Notes: generated by a model from the sequence alone, not told the origin. A DNA stretch of 64,000 nucleotides from Octopus vulgaris (GCA_951406725.2 OX597816.1:44764001-44828000); one strand, 5' to 3'. Shown: positions 25,427-39,745, counted from the first letter of the stretch. Program-made: numbers and translations.

Positions 25427-25910
25427 TGTCAGGTCACTTTCGAGTGCTACTGGTAACATGTAACCCAGTACAACCTGTTGCATGGTGAGGAGGGTGTTTA
25501 TTGGACACCCTGCGGGATGAAAAACAAAACCCGTCAAAGGGCGGATTAACTCTTGAGAGTCAACGGTGATCCAATAAATGTCTTAAGGGTGTATCATGCG
25601 CGGGGACATAGAAATAATCGGACTGAATACCCGATCGCGCGGTTAAATCATTGGGAGTGAAGGACTTCTAGCCTTTGTTAGGGCATCCTTCTAGGATAAC
25701 TCCGATATAAAACTGCGGCTCAGTGGTTACCGATGATGTTGACGTGTTCTTCTTTTCGGATTATGGCCGCTGTTGCTTAGTGAGTGAGATTGACTCAGTG
25801 CACAGCTTTCCTCACTTTAAAAAAATCTTCTTGCACAGGCATTGCACGATAACAACATTGATTAAGCTTCGTGCAATGGCCATACTCGATAACGAGGGGG
25901 CAGCTACCAT
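25427..25910 (+). mobile_element. non-autonomous RTE-like retroelement (family D), copy 1
   Basis: Aligns end to end with 52733-53281 (reverse). 3' hairpin CATTGCACGA...TCGTGCAATG. Microsatellite flanks. The RTE label rests on 5'-region resemblance only. Confidence 0.65.
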
Positions 25911-26350
25911 ACATATACATCTATGCATATACATGTATACTATACATCCATACATATACATCCATATATATACATATGTGCAGATGTATACATATATATA
26001 TATATACATTATATATATATATATATACATATAAATATATGTATACATATATATACATAATATAAATATACATTATATATATGTATATATATATATATAC
26101 ATGTGTGTGTATGTATGTATGTATGTATGTATGTATGTATGTATGTATGTTGTATGCATGTATTTATTTATGTATATATGTATGCATGTATATATGTAAG
26201 ATAATAGTTTCGTTTTAATAGCTTCAGTATTAATAGTAAAACTGTTAAACTGAAAGTATATCACATTACAATAGAGAGATGTTATTGTTTCACTTTTGAC
26301 ACGTAATACTGAAATAATGTAACAGGTAAGAGAATTCATTATAGAGTGTC

Positions 26351-27010
26351 CTAGCTACCAACGTCATGTCTCATCGGTAGATAATACCGTGATGACATTT
26401 TCGGACAACTGCTTATGATGTGGGTGATATCTCCAGTGTAAACTCCACAAAGTCTGCATCGGTTGTCACACTTTACGGCTTTTCCTGCATCTCTATCCCT
26501 TTTGTGCATCAGGTACTTGGTTGATATTTCCTGTTCCTGGATTGCAAACGTATACCCTTCAAAGTGGGAGGTAATAATCCGGCTATTGGTCCATGATAAA
26601 CTGCTTAGATGATCGATGTTACTATTATCACGGAGCTTTCTAGTAATATATACATGCATAGTCTTCTGCTCATATAGAGTCATTCTTTCATTTGGTGATA
26701 TGTTGCTGTAGAGTTTTGCAACTTCTTTTGGGCATGTATTCTAGGTTATCAGACAAAGAGTGTTGTTCAAGAAGCTGCCTTCCAAGTCTTACGATGTTAT
26801 CAGCCTCATGTATGCAAACGTGGTCAAGGGATGCACACTTCGACACTTGGTGGTTAAAAGATGTTGCCAGAGGGATATGATGCGACATTCAAAGGCATTT
26901 TGGATTGATGTTAAGCCTCTTCCTCCTTATTTTCATTTTAGGTAGAGGCAGTCTACATCACTGTTCATGTGGAAATTATGAGTACTTGTTAGTATTTTTC
27001 GGGTTTTTCA
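26351..27010 (-). pseudogene. R4/Dong-like LINE relic (zinc-finger region)
   Basis: ORF 26351-26683: FAIQEQEISTK...CRLCGVYTGDITHIISSCPKMSSRYYLPMRHD (CCHC + RHD motif of REL-type non-LTR elements). Confidence 0.8.
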
Positions 27011-28011
27011 CATCAATGTATGTATGTATGTATGTATGTATGTATGTATGTATGTAGTGGAGTCACGCGTCATGAACGAGAAATGAGGGTTCGATAAAAT
27101 ACAGCGCTAATCATGTTCTATGGACCAGCATGAGACCTACTGGTTGGTGCCTTGCAAACCTTTTGGCAAATAAATGGAACAGTTTGCTCGAGTGCTTGTG
27201 GATCATTTACTATGTGTTTTTTGAGAGGACGGCAAGGCCTGCTTTGCGCCATGCCACAAAACCAGAATGACTGGTATGCTCTGTGTTGCAGGCAGAAAAA
27301 GAAACCACGCGATAATTTTTTGATAATCTGAAAAATAAGGGACATAATTTCAAAACCTTAATTTATCAGGTTCATTTATATGCTTAAGAAAATTTCAATG
27401 CAATATTTTTTTGCGGGCAACGAGGACTTGTTATTTCGTTTAAATCCTTCTATATGCTGCAAGAGAAACCCTTCTATTCTTCTCAGCTGCATCAAAGTTT
27501 AGCTCAAGACAATTGCTTAAGCTGTCACTGCAGTTGTGCACTCCAGTAAACCCACCTGTAAGAAGAAAACATCATATTTCTCAAATGCTGAAAGAAACCT
27601 CCCGCATTTGCGAGTGGCTCTTATAAAATTATCTTAAGATCTCTGATATAGTATAAACTTACATGCTGCCACAACTGTGTCAACTGTATTCTGCACCCCT
27701 CCACTTTGATCCCAACATGTTCCATGGGTCTTTGTTCGATAAATGTAAAACAAAAATAAATTGTCTTTAACTAAATGAACTTTTGGAAATTCCACGGTTG
27801 TTGGCAACGAATACTTTATAATTCTTTCTGATTCTTGGTACAGAGCCAGTAATTTTAAAAAGAAGGAAGTCGATTGCTTCGAACTCGAAGACACACAGAT
27901 ATACATATACATATGCATACTAGTATCATAGAGACTTGTATATGTAAGCGCATACGTTCATATTTTTTAGTGTCTTTCTATCTATATAAGAACGCATTTA
28001 CTATTAACACT

Positions 28012-28915
<904 letters not shown>

Positions 28916-29060
28916 TAGTTTGCTACCAACCTCCTCTTTACCTCTGCTCCTCTTCCTCTGAATCTTCCGTCCGTTATGAGCTCTTTATTCCTCTCTCACC
29001 TTCTGCTTTATCTCAATGTATTTGCTTAGATATGTAGTGTTTCTTTCTCTCTCACTCTCC

Positions 29061-29128
<68 letters not shown>

Positions 29129-29240
29129 GTCTCATTTTCATGATTCTTTTATTGCTCGCTTCTCTCTCACCCTTTCTTCTTATCATTCTCATTTATTTCT
29201 TTTCATGTGTATACACGCACACACACACACACAGCCATGC

Positions 29241-29342
<102 letters not shown>

Positions 29343-30502
29343 GATAGATAGTTTAGATAGATTAGATAGATTAGATAGATAGATAGAGACGGAGAGAAAG
29401 ATAGAGATATACACACATTTACTCATACATATAGAGATAAAGAGAAGTACGCATACATATATAGGGATAAACACATATATATGTACACACACATACAGAT
29501 GCATACATATGAACATATATACGCATCCATGTATATATACGCATGCATATATACATACATACATATCTTCAAACATATACATATTCCAATCTATACATAA
29601 ATATGTATGTATATGTATGTATATCGTGCAACCACTTCCCCCAACGTCCCGCCATCCTTACTTTCCTTTTTTGCTTTCAAGCAATATTAAGTAATTACAT
29701 TTAAATGTTAGAACGTCAAAGCTTTCCATAATAAACACAGAAACATCGCCGCTATTCTATTTTTAGTTTCTATATTTAGAGCCATATCATTCAGAAAACA
29801 ATTCTTTCAAATCCTCTGCAACCTCTATCGAGTGCATTTCACCCACAACCAAAATGCTACGATGCACACACACACACACATACACACACACTACCTCTTG
29901 ACATTTTTCTCTACGCAGTGTCCCTCCTCTAACTACATTCCAATCAACATGCGCAGTTCCTTCCTCAAGAGAACTGCAATACTCCGGAAGAACCTGTCTG
30001 GTCATGTATTTTCATTTATAATTAACCTTCCCTTCAGCTCTTCAAAAGTGAAAATAAAAAAAAATAGAAAAATCAATATTTATCTTATTAAAATCACCGA
30101 ACACAACTTTAGATTTTTGATAAAAGCAAGAACATAAATAACTAGGTAAAAATGACGACGTTACATATTGACTATGTTGGTAACGAATTTTTTTTTTCTT
30201 TTCGGTTTTAGATAACAAATTTCCACTACGACATCAAATAGCTGTTGAGTAACTTGCTTAACATATTATTTCCATTTCTAATTTAAGTCTATTTTTTCTT
30301 TGTTTTCTCTTTAAGTTGCATTATACGAATACAGACCATGTTACATGCTGTGACTGTTATAAGAGGGATAAAAATATGAGGTATCATAGTACTGCCAATT
30401 AAAACCAAGCAGGTAACCTCGGAGCGTGAATAAGAACACAAACTGTTCAGTAATAAGGTTATCTTCTGCTGCAAATGTCTCTATGCTCTTGTATTCGTAG
30501 GT

Positions 30503-30901
30503 TACTCTCTTTACTCGTTTACTTGTTTCAGTCATGTGATTGCAGCCATGCTGGAGCACCGCCTTTAGTTGAGCAAATTGCCCCCAGGACTTATTCTTTG
30601 TAAGCCTAGTACTTATTCTATCGGTTCCTTTTGCCGAACCGCTAAGTTACGGGGACGTAAACACAACAGCATCAGTTGTCAAGCGATGTTGGAGGGACAA
30701 ACACACACGCACATATATATATACATATGCATATATACGACGGGCTTCTTTCAGTTTCCGTCTACCAAATCCACCCACAAGGCTTTGGTCGGTCCGAGGC
30801 TATAGTAGAAGACACTTGCCCAAGATGTCACGCATTGGTACTGAACCCGGAACCATTTGGTTGGTAAGCAAGCTACTTACCACACAGCCACTCCTGCGCC
30901 T
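30503..30901 (-). mobile_element. SINE family A with short TSD (GTAGGTTA)
   Basis: Matches 315-726. GTAGGTTA lies on both sides. Confidence 0.9.
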
Positions 30902-31327
30902 GTAGGTTAGTGCGGTTGGATAAAACAGAGATATAGTTTAGTATTTGTGCCTGTTCTCGCATTCTGCTCATGATGCAGAGTGCGTATTTCCACCGTGAAT
31001 GCAAATCCTTTCCTTCAGTCAGATCACCAAACTAAGAAGCTGGCGGCGAAATCATATGAAGAATTAAAGTGTTCTTCTCCAGCGTGGTCATCATGTTATC
31101 AGAGTTTAGCTGTTCATTGAGGATTTCACGGACCCGATTCAAATATGCTCACATCTTATCCAAGCCATATGAGCTGATGTCAGTTTGTTGTGAATTCAAT
31201 GTTGCTGCTATCGGATCGACATAGGATTTCTTGGAAGAGAATTTTACATCGCCAAGGCAATGAAATTATCCCCTTGGGGTACAGGTTATTGAACAATAAA
31301 TAAATAAATAAATAAATAAATAGATTA

Positions 31328-31561
31328 GTTACATTCTTGAGTCATGACGACTCACAAGGGTCGGTTTTGGGTTTCATGGCGTATATAATATCCCCACCTG
31401 GACGGGACACCGGTCCGTCGCAGGATTACTCATTTTTGCCAACTGAGAGGACTGGAACAACGTGAAATGAAGTATTTTGCTCAAGAAGACAACGTGAATC
31501 GAAATCACAATCTTACGATCATGAATCTAACACCCTAAACCACTAAGCCACGTGTCTCCAC
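31328..31561 (-). mobile_element. SINE family B, head H1 + tail T2
   Basis: H1 body (CTTGAGCAAAATACTTCATTTCACGTTG) joined to T2 (CTGCGACGGACCGGTGTCCCGTCCAG). Flanked by CAGGTTA(T/C)TGAA duplication. Confidence 0.8.
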
Positions 31562-31634
31562 AGGTTACTGAATGCTTCCAGGATCTTGATGTAGCGGCTG
31601 TGTGATGTTCATGTAGTTCTACTAAATTAATGTT

Positions 31635-31959
31635 GTGAAGGCGCATGGCTTAGTGGTTAGGGCATTCGGCTCATGATCGTAAGGTTGTGAGTTCAATTCC
31701 CGGCGGTGCGTTGTGTTCTTGAGCAAGACACTTTATTTCACGTTGCTCCAGTCCACTCAGCTGGCAAAAATGAGTAGTACCTGTATTTCAAAGGGCAAGC
31801 CTTGCCACACACTGTGCCACGCTGAATCTCCCCGAGAACTACGTTAAGGATACACGTGTCTAGGGAATGCTCAGCCACTTACACGTTAATTTCACGAGCA
31901 AGCTGTTCCGTTGATCGTATCAGCTGAGACTCTCGTCGTCGCAACCGACGGAGTGCTCC
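31635..31959 (+). mobile_element. SINE family B, head H1 + tail T1, with ~17-bp TSD
   Basis: Matches 21953-22262. CTACTA(A/G)ATTAATGTTG lies on both sides. Confidence 0.9.
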
Positions 31960-33240
31960 TACTAGATTAATGTTGACTTGGGTATAAACAACAACAACAA
32001 CAACAGCAGCAGCAACAACACCAACAGACAGTTCTACATTTCTTCACCTCAGCAACACTGGCAATAATCAATTCTTAGTGGGGCCGTTTGAGTAGCAATT
32101 ATATTCGGTAGCGGCGTAGAAATAGAAGAAACTAATCAATAACAAACCTTAAAAAGTAGGATCCAGCCGATGCGAACAAGTTAAAGAGGTAGAAATTTCG
32201 TTTAATGGTGGGAGAAAATTGATGAATTCAGGAAAAATGTCGAAGTCCAAAGAAAAAAATATCGTTGGTGTTGAATAAATGTAAAGTTCGATGAAAGAAT
32301 CTGTTCAATTTTTATTTCATTTAAAATATATTTGCATGTATAAGACCATGTGTGTGTGTAAATATGTATGCTTGGGTGTAGATGCCAGTGCATGTATAAA
32401 CATGTGGATATCGTTTGTGAAGATCGATTTTTTTTTCTTTTATGTGTAGAACAAGCTACATCAATTATATGTAAAGGTACTAGCGAAAAAATATTGGCAA
32501 AGATGATTCTTCCAAACTACAAATATATTCCTTTCAATTTTCGTTTTTAGATCAAAACATTTGCCAAACTTACACCTGAAAGAAGTATAGAAAAACAGAT
32601 AAAAGAAAAATGAAAAAAAAAAAAAAACGAAATAGTTTCTGAACGTTGAAAATATTTGTTTTAACATGAAACTTGTGAGAGGATTTGATAAGCCAAAATT
32701 TTTAACACTTAGCAGATGGAAATATAAATATATATATATATTATCATAGACCTAAGACTATGCTAGAAGAAACTGAAAATTCAGGTTTCACTATATGGAT
32801 TGCATAATCATTCTCAAATATGCTAAACGCAGTCTCACGAGTACTCGCGTTTCTAGGATGCTCAACCACTTATACATTAAATTAACAAGCAGGTAGTCCA
32901 GCTGATCGGGAAATTGCATGATCGTCGCCGAAACTGATGGAGGAACTGTCTTCATGATGGAAACGAGGTTAGTTGGTCTTTGTAAAAGTGATGGCTTGGA
33001 GTTAACAGCAGAAGCATCGCACATATAAACAAACACACGCATATATACGTGTATATATATATATATATATATATAAGTGTATATTGGCAGGGCTGGCCTG
33101 CTAGGTAGCCGGCCAGAATGCTAGAAAAAGATCAACAACGATCAAACTACAAGGGAAATTCTCTAGAGGAAGAATTCAGCGAACACCAGAACCAAATTTG
33201 GCGGGCAGGACATATGAAAAATTAAATAAAAAACAGACTT

Positions 33241-33318
33241 AAATGCATACCTCGGTTTCGGTCTTAACAAAAGAATTACTTGCATAATTCAAGTGTCCGT
33301 GACTTCTTCAGCACATTC
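33241..33318 (-). ncRNA. type-I hammerhead ribozyme motif
   Basis: GAAUGUG CUGAAGA AGUC..GACC GAAAC CGAG GUA/ UGCAUUU. Stem I is 7 bp including G-U pairs. Confidence 0.65.
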
Positions 33319-33786
33319 GGTCCTCGAGATGCAAACCGCAAGACTAACCCCAGCCCTCCGTGTCAAGACAGACACGTGCTTAGTCTTACTGATTACATCG
33401 GGAATAAAATTTCAAATGTCTTGGCTCTGGCGCGCTAAGAGACTCCTGAAGCGAAGGGCTGCAGTGAATAATTCACTGCGGGTAATGCTTACAACTAGGG
33501 AACGTATTTATTTAAATATTTAAAAATTGAGGGAGATAAATTAATATTAATTTTAATATCAATTTAAAACCAGTAGTCCAGCATTCAAAAAATCTGAGGA
33601 GTCAGAGAAAATTCAAATATATGTGTATATTGGCAGGGCTGGCCTGCTAGGTAGCCGGCCAGAATGCTAGAAAAAGATCAACAACGATCAAACTACAAGG
33701 GAAATTCTCTAGAGGAAGAATTCAGCGAACACCAGAACCAAATTTGGCGGGCAGGACATATGAAAAATTAAATAAAAAACAGACTT

Positions 33787-33864
33787 AAATGCATACCTCG
33801 GTTTCGGTCTTAACAAAAGAATTACTTGCATAATTCAAGTGTCCGTGACTTCTTCAGCACATTC
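33787..33864 (-). ncRNA. type-I hammerhead ribozyme motif (second copy)
   Basis: Same sequence as 33241-33318, offset by 546 bp. Confidence 0.65.
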
Positions 33865-34030
33865 GGTCCTCGAGATGCAAACCGCAAGACTAACCCCAGC
33901 CCTCCGTGTCAAGACAGACACGTGCTTAGTCTTACTGATTACATCGGGAATAAAATTTCAAATGTCTTGGCTCTGGCGCGCTAAGAGACTCCTGAAGCGA
34001 AGGGCTGCAGTGAATAATTCACTGCGGGTA

Positions 34031-34097
<67 letters not shown>

Positions 34098-34189
34098 TAC
34101 ACACACACACAGACACGCACACATATATATAGACATAGACAAACAGACAGATAAACCTTTCTACTATATACACAAGACTTGTAATCTGG

Positions 34190-34350
34190 GGGAAGGTGCT
34201 AGGTCGATTACATCGACCCTAAGGTTCAACAGGTTCTTAATTTATCGAACCGAAATGATGAGTGATAAAATCGACCTCCGCGGCATTTGGAATCAGAGGA
34301 TGAAAACGGACGAAATGCTGCTAAGTATTTTTCCCAACGCACTAACGTTC
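34190..34350 (-). mobile_element. SINE family C, degenerate
   Basis: GTCGATTACATCGACC...GACGAAATGCTGCTAAGTATTT matches 61900-62030. Confidence 0.7.
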
Positions 34351-34677
34351 ATCGCGTTGTTACTAATAATTGATGCATATACAATGCTGACAATACTGGA
34401 ATAGGGCACATATAGGGGAGATAAATCTGATTTTGTAGTAATTGTCCATTACAAGGCAACTCCCGAAGACTTAACTTTTTTTTATAAATGTATTGTCCTT
34501 AACAAGCAACAAAACTGAATCAAGGTTTATTATTGTGCCACTATCAATTTTAAACGCCGATAAATCGCCTATCTGCGCTCTTTGAAATCTGTAAACACAA
34601 TAAATCTAGCGCACTAGCTGACTATATATATATAGGAAGGGGAAAGTAGTTTCTATTTTCTTTTTGTAACATATTTC

Positions 34678-34731
<54 letters not shown>

Positions 34732-34736
<5 letters not shown>

Positions 34737-34928
34737 ATCCAAACAAGAAAGCACAAAAAAACACAACAACGCGAGGACGCGGAGCAAATATAGTATTATT
34801 GGACGCTCGGGAAAGAAGGAAAGGAGGGTTTAACGTTTCGAGCAGAGCTCTTCGTCGGAAACATAGGAGAAGGAAAGATCCAGGGAAGGGAAGACAGAGG
34901 AAAAAAGTCGCCAACGGTACACACACGG

Positions 34929-34931
<3 letters not shown>
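34732..34931 (-). mobile_element. ~200-bp hammerhead mini-element between (TA)n tracts
   Basis: Minus 34862-34828: GUUU CCGACGA A GAGC UCU GCUC GAAAC GUU/ AAAC. Confidence 0.7.
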
Positions 34932-34968
<37 letters not shown>

Positions 34969-35314
34969 CCTACAGAAAAACAGTGTTACATATAAGAGTA
35001 CTTGGTTAATCAGCTATACACGCGTATAGTCTTTGCGCTCTCTAACGAAAAAACGTTGACATTTTGACATACACAATATTTTAATCATTTAGAAATATTT
35101 TCGACTGAATGTGTAGCACGGAATTTTGTCAGTGAACAGGTCGCGATCCCAAAGCGACGAAAATATTTTGGCAAATTAAATTTAAATGTGGAAGTGAATC
35201 TAACGGTTTTTGTGTGTTTTTTTAAATGGCTTATAAACACCTTCCACGCTGCAATAGTTTTCGTTCGAGCTCACGATCTCTGATCAGGTCACTTGCTATG
35301 CAAGTACATCTCCG

Positions 35315-35345
<31 letters not shown>

Positions 35346-35429
35346 AAATTAATTAATAATCAATCACCAAGTATTCAGTATACAAAGGGACCATATATAT
35401 ATAAATTAATGCGGCAAAGTAATTTATTT

Positions 35430-35477
<48 letters not shown>

Positions 35478-35486
35478 GTATATATA

Positions 35487-35872
35487 TGGAAGCACTCCGT
35501 CGGTTACGACGATGAGGGTTCCGATTGATCCGAATCAACGGAACAGCCTGCTCGTGAAATTAACGTGTAAGTGGCTGAGCACTCCACAGACACGTGCACC
35601 CTTAACGTACTTCTCGGGAATATTCAGCGTGACACAGAGAGTGACAAGGCCGGCCCCTTGAAATACAGGTACAACAGAAACAGGAAGTAAGAGTGAGAGA
35701 AAGTTGTGGTGAAAGAGTACAGCAGGGATCACCACCATCCACTGCTGGAGCCTCGTGGAGCTTTTAGGTGTTTTCGCTCAATAAACACTCACAACGCCCG
35801 GTCTGGGAATCGAAACCGCGATCCTACGACCGCGTGTCCGCTGCCCTAACCACTGGGCCATTGCGCCTCCAC
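35487..35872 (-). mobile_element. SINE family B, head H2 + tail T1, full length
   Basis: GTGGAGGCGCAATGGCCCAGTGGTTAGG...GGTTTCGATTCCC...GTCGTAACCGACGGAGTGCTTCCA. Confidence 0.9.
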
Positions 35873-35994
<122 letters not shown>

Positions 35995-36647
35995 GTATAT
36001 AATATGTATATATGTAGAGACCTGAACGCACAGATACATATATGTGTATGTGTGTGCGCATGTAAGTATATGCCTGTGTGTTTATATCGATTTAGGATGA
36101 CAATTAGTACATTTACACAGAAATACTATGCGACGTTCAAATTCTCCTGAGTTATCCCTCATACCAACGGCCATTTTGCATTTCGTGTCGTACGAGAACG
36201 ATCGAAAAAATATGGTATTTTTTCGATCGTTCTCGTATTAACAAATACGATAAACCAACTAAACACACCCTTAAAGGTAGTACCTCGACATGGCCACAAT
36301 TTAATAACTTAGCCCATTACAAAAAATAATACGAAGAATGGAAGAGAACTATTTAGATAAGATTTGAACCATTGTACTGCATATTACTGTGTTATGCCTA
36401 ATTAAATTTGTATTGAGTCAACATGTCGTTTTCCTTGATATTCTTGTAAAACAAGGTTGAACCCGAGTGAACTCAATTGTGATTTCGAATGATATGGTCG
36501 CCAGGCTGCTACTCAAGATTTTTGCATCTATTGTTTCGTTCAACAAGAGAATCATTGATACGAAAATAAAACAAAGATTGTATTGAAAACACTTCCAACA
36601 AATTGTATACAGCTTCAACAACTAGATGTAGAATATATACATATATG

Positions 36648-36695
<48 letters not shown>

Positions 36696-36698
36696 CAG

Positions 36699-36767
<69 letters not shown>

Positions 36768-36922
36768 CATATATATAAGCATATGTGTACATGTATGTAC
36801 GTATATATATATAATTTATTTAGGCAAATGTGTACCATCAAGGAGAACTATAACAGTTATTATATATATATGTGTGTGTGTGTGTGTATCTATATATATG
36901 TATATATATATATATGTGTATG

Positions 36923-36980
<58 letters not shown>

Positions 36981-37185
36981 CATGTATATCAAACACAGTG
37001 TCTTGATGTAAATATGTAGATATTTTCATATACAATGCATACATTATATTCTTTGTTTTATTCTTCGGTATTTTTCAGTTATCATCGTCGCTTGGAACGC
37101 TGCTCGCCGTATGTATTCTGTTGAAATATTTGCTTTCAAATGTGGAATGCTTTTCTTTTTGCTGCACCCTGTATACTCTCTCTCG

Positions 37186-37240
<55 letters not shown>

Positions 37241-37548
37241 ACATATATGTAAGTACAGTTATATATGTGTGTATATATACATATAGAGAGAAGGGGGTAC
37301 AGATATACATAAACACAAACACACACATGCACATTCACACATATATCGGTAATACGCTTGCTTTCCAACCACATGGTCCTAACCCCTGTCTCATTGCGTG
37401 GCACCATGTAAAAGCGCCTTCTACTATAACACGGGCCAATCAAAGCCGCTTTCTAAGTCGATTTGGTAAATGATCAAAGTAGCTCGTCGCATATATAATA
37501 TGAAGATCGAGCCTCGTAATTAAGTTTTTAAAGTCAGGTACTTATTCT

Positions 37549-39745
37549 AACGGCAAAACCACAAAACTTCAGACTTGTAACCTGTCTCCCTACAATTTAC
37601 AAAGCCTTTACTACAATAATATCGTAGAGATTGAACAAGCATCTGGACGAAAACAACCTGTTTCCAGAAGAGCAGAAGGGATGCTGCAAGGGCTCATACG
37701 GTTATAAGGATTAACTAATGATCAATAAAGCCATAACTGACGACAACCACAGAAATAAGAAAGGCCTCAGTATAGCCTGGATCGACTACCGAAAGGCGTT
37801 TGATAGTATTCCCCACACGTGGATCCTCGAAACACTAGCCATGAACAAGGTAGCACCAATAAATATAAAATACATAAAACACTCTATGTACAAATGGCAG
37901 ACTGCTACAGCTCCAAACAAAAGAGGGTCTCGTGAAAACCAAAGCCACCCCCATTAAAAGAGGAATATTCCAGGGAGACACGCTCTCTCCACTCCTTTTC
38001 AGCTCGGCACTAACACCTTTATCTGAAATGTTAAATAGAACTAGATACGGATACAAATATTACGGCAAAACAATCAGCCACCTCTTATATATGGATGACC
38101 TAAAACCATACGCTACAAATGATAAACAGCTGAAAACACTACTACAGATAGTATATGGATTTACCAAAGAAATAAATATGAAATTTGGCTTAGAAAAATG
38201 TGCCAAAGCAACCTTGAAAAGAGGGAAACTAGTTAAGAGTAGCAACATCTCACTAGATAAAGCCAATAAAATAAGAGAAATAGACCAAAATCAGACGTAC
38301 AAATATTTAGGAATCAGTGAACTAGATACAATACAACACAATCAAGTAAAAGAGAAAATAAAGAAAGAATACTATAGACGATTTAGATCAATACTGAAAA
38401 CAGAGCTCAATGCTAAAAGCAAGATAATAGGTATTAACACTTTAGCCGTCCCAGTTATAAGTTACAGCTACAATATCCTTAACTGGACTCTAATTGAACT
38501 AACCAAAATAAACAGGAAAACAAGAAAAACAATGACAGGATCTAGGATGCAACACCCAAAATCTGACATAGAAAGGCTATATATACAACGTATAGAAGGT
38601 GGTAGAGGCCTTATACAGCCGGAAAACTATTATAAAATAACCACCATAGGACTGCAAAAATATCTACTTCAGAAGCAAGGAAAATTAATACAAATAGCCA
38701 CAAAACACGAGCAAAACAAAAAACTGTTTTCAATATTTAAGGAAGCTGACAAATACTAACAAGAAGTCGTACGACCTAACATATATGAAGAAGAAGAAAA
38801 AGAAACAACAAAAGCTATAAAACAAATGAAATCAAAACTAAAACTAGAACAGCAACGGACCATGATAAAACGATGGCAAGAAAAGCTCTTTCATGGCAAA
38901 TACTGGGTTAAAATAAATGCAAAAGAAACAGACAGAAAAATCCGAGCAGTGGTTGAGAATCTCAGGACTCAAAGCAGAGACTGAAGGATTTTTAATTGCA
39001 GCACAAGACCAAAGACTCCCCACCAGAAATTACCAAAAACATGTAATGAAAAGTAACATGATAAGTAACTACAGAATATGTGGAGATGGACAAGAAACAA
39101 TAAATCATATTGTCTCTGGCTGCCCAGTCCTGGCTAAGAAGGAATATATTCACAGGCACGACAGAGTTGGGACCTATATACACTGTAAGCTATGCCAACA
39201 CTATGGAGTAACAACAGAAAAAAGATGATTTAGGCACACACCAGAAAAGGTCACAGAGAACGAGAAAGCAACCATACTCTGGGATATGCCAATACACACA
39301 AATAGAGAAATTAAGGCCAATAGGCCACATATAGTTGTCAGAAATCATGAAGAAAAAATGTTTTCTAATTGATGTATCAATACCAACAGATGACAACGTT
39401 TCTCTAAAAGAAATGGAGAAACTTTCAAAATACAAAGACCTGGAAATAGAGGTAACTCGAATGTGGAGTCTAAAAACAGAAACAATTCCTATCATAGTAG
39501 GCGCATTAGGTATGATAAAAAAATATTCAGACAAATACATAACAAAAACACCAGGACTTACAAATATATATAGCATACAGAAAATTGTACTACTGGGCAC
39601 TGAACACATCCTACGCAAAATACTTTCAATGCAGTAACCATAAGAGCATCACAATAAACCACAGCACACACCCAAGGCACACAGAGCTGTGCTCGGTAGT
39701 GAAGTAAAAGCACGTTATAAAAATAAAACAACTGAATAATACTAA
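37549..39745 (+). mobile_element. 5'-truncated R4/Dong-clade non-LTR retrotransposon (RT + zinc finger + REL endonuclease), disrupted
   Basis: AWIDYRKAFDSIPH, RGIFQGDTLSPLLF, HLLYMDDLK, YKYLG, GGRGL, ICGDGQETINHIVSGC..RHD, and LIDVSIP..KLSKYKDL. Split over four ORFs. Ends AATAAAACAACTGAATAATACTAATAAT. Confidence 0.9.

Larger units (their letters stand above)
33077..34032 (-). mobile_element. retrozyme-like partial tandem dimer (546-bp unit) in (TA)n
   Basis: 33077-33486 and 33623-34032 appear identical (410 bp). One hammerhead per unit. No credible ORF. Confidence 0.75.

Noticed and set aside
33293-34096. duplicated 76/85-aa ORFs as a small gene pair
   Set aside because: GTG starts, no recognisable domain, antisense to the hammerheads, and explained by the DNA duplication.
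36191-36237. conserved pre-miRNA
   Set aside because: A perfect stem with a 3-nt loop and no extended basal stem fits a replication fold-back better.
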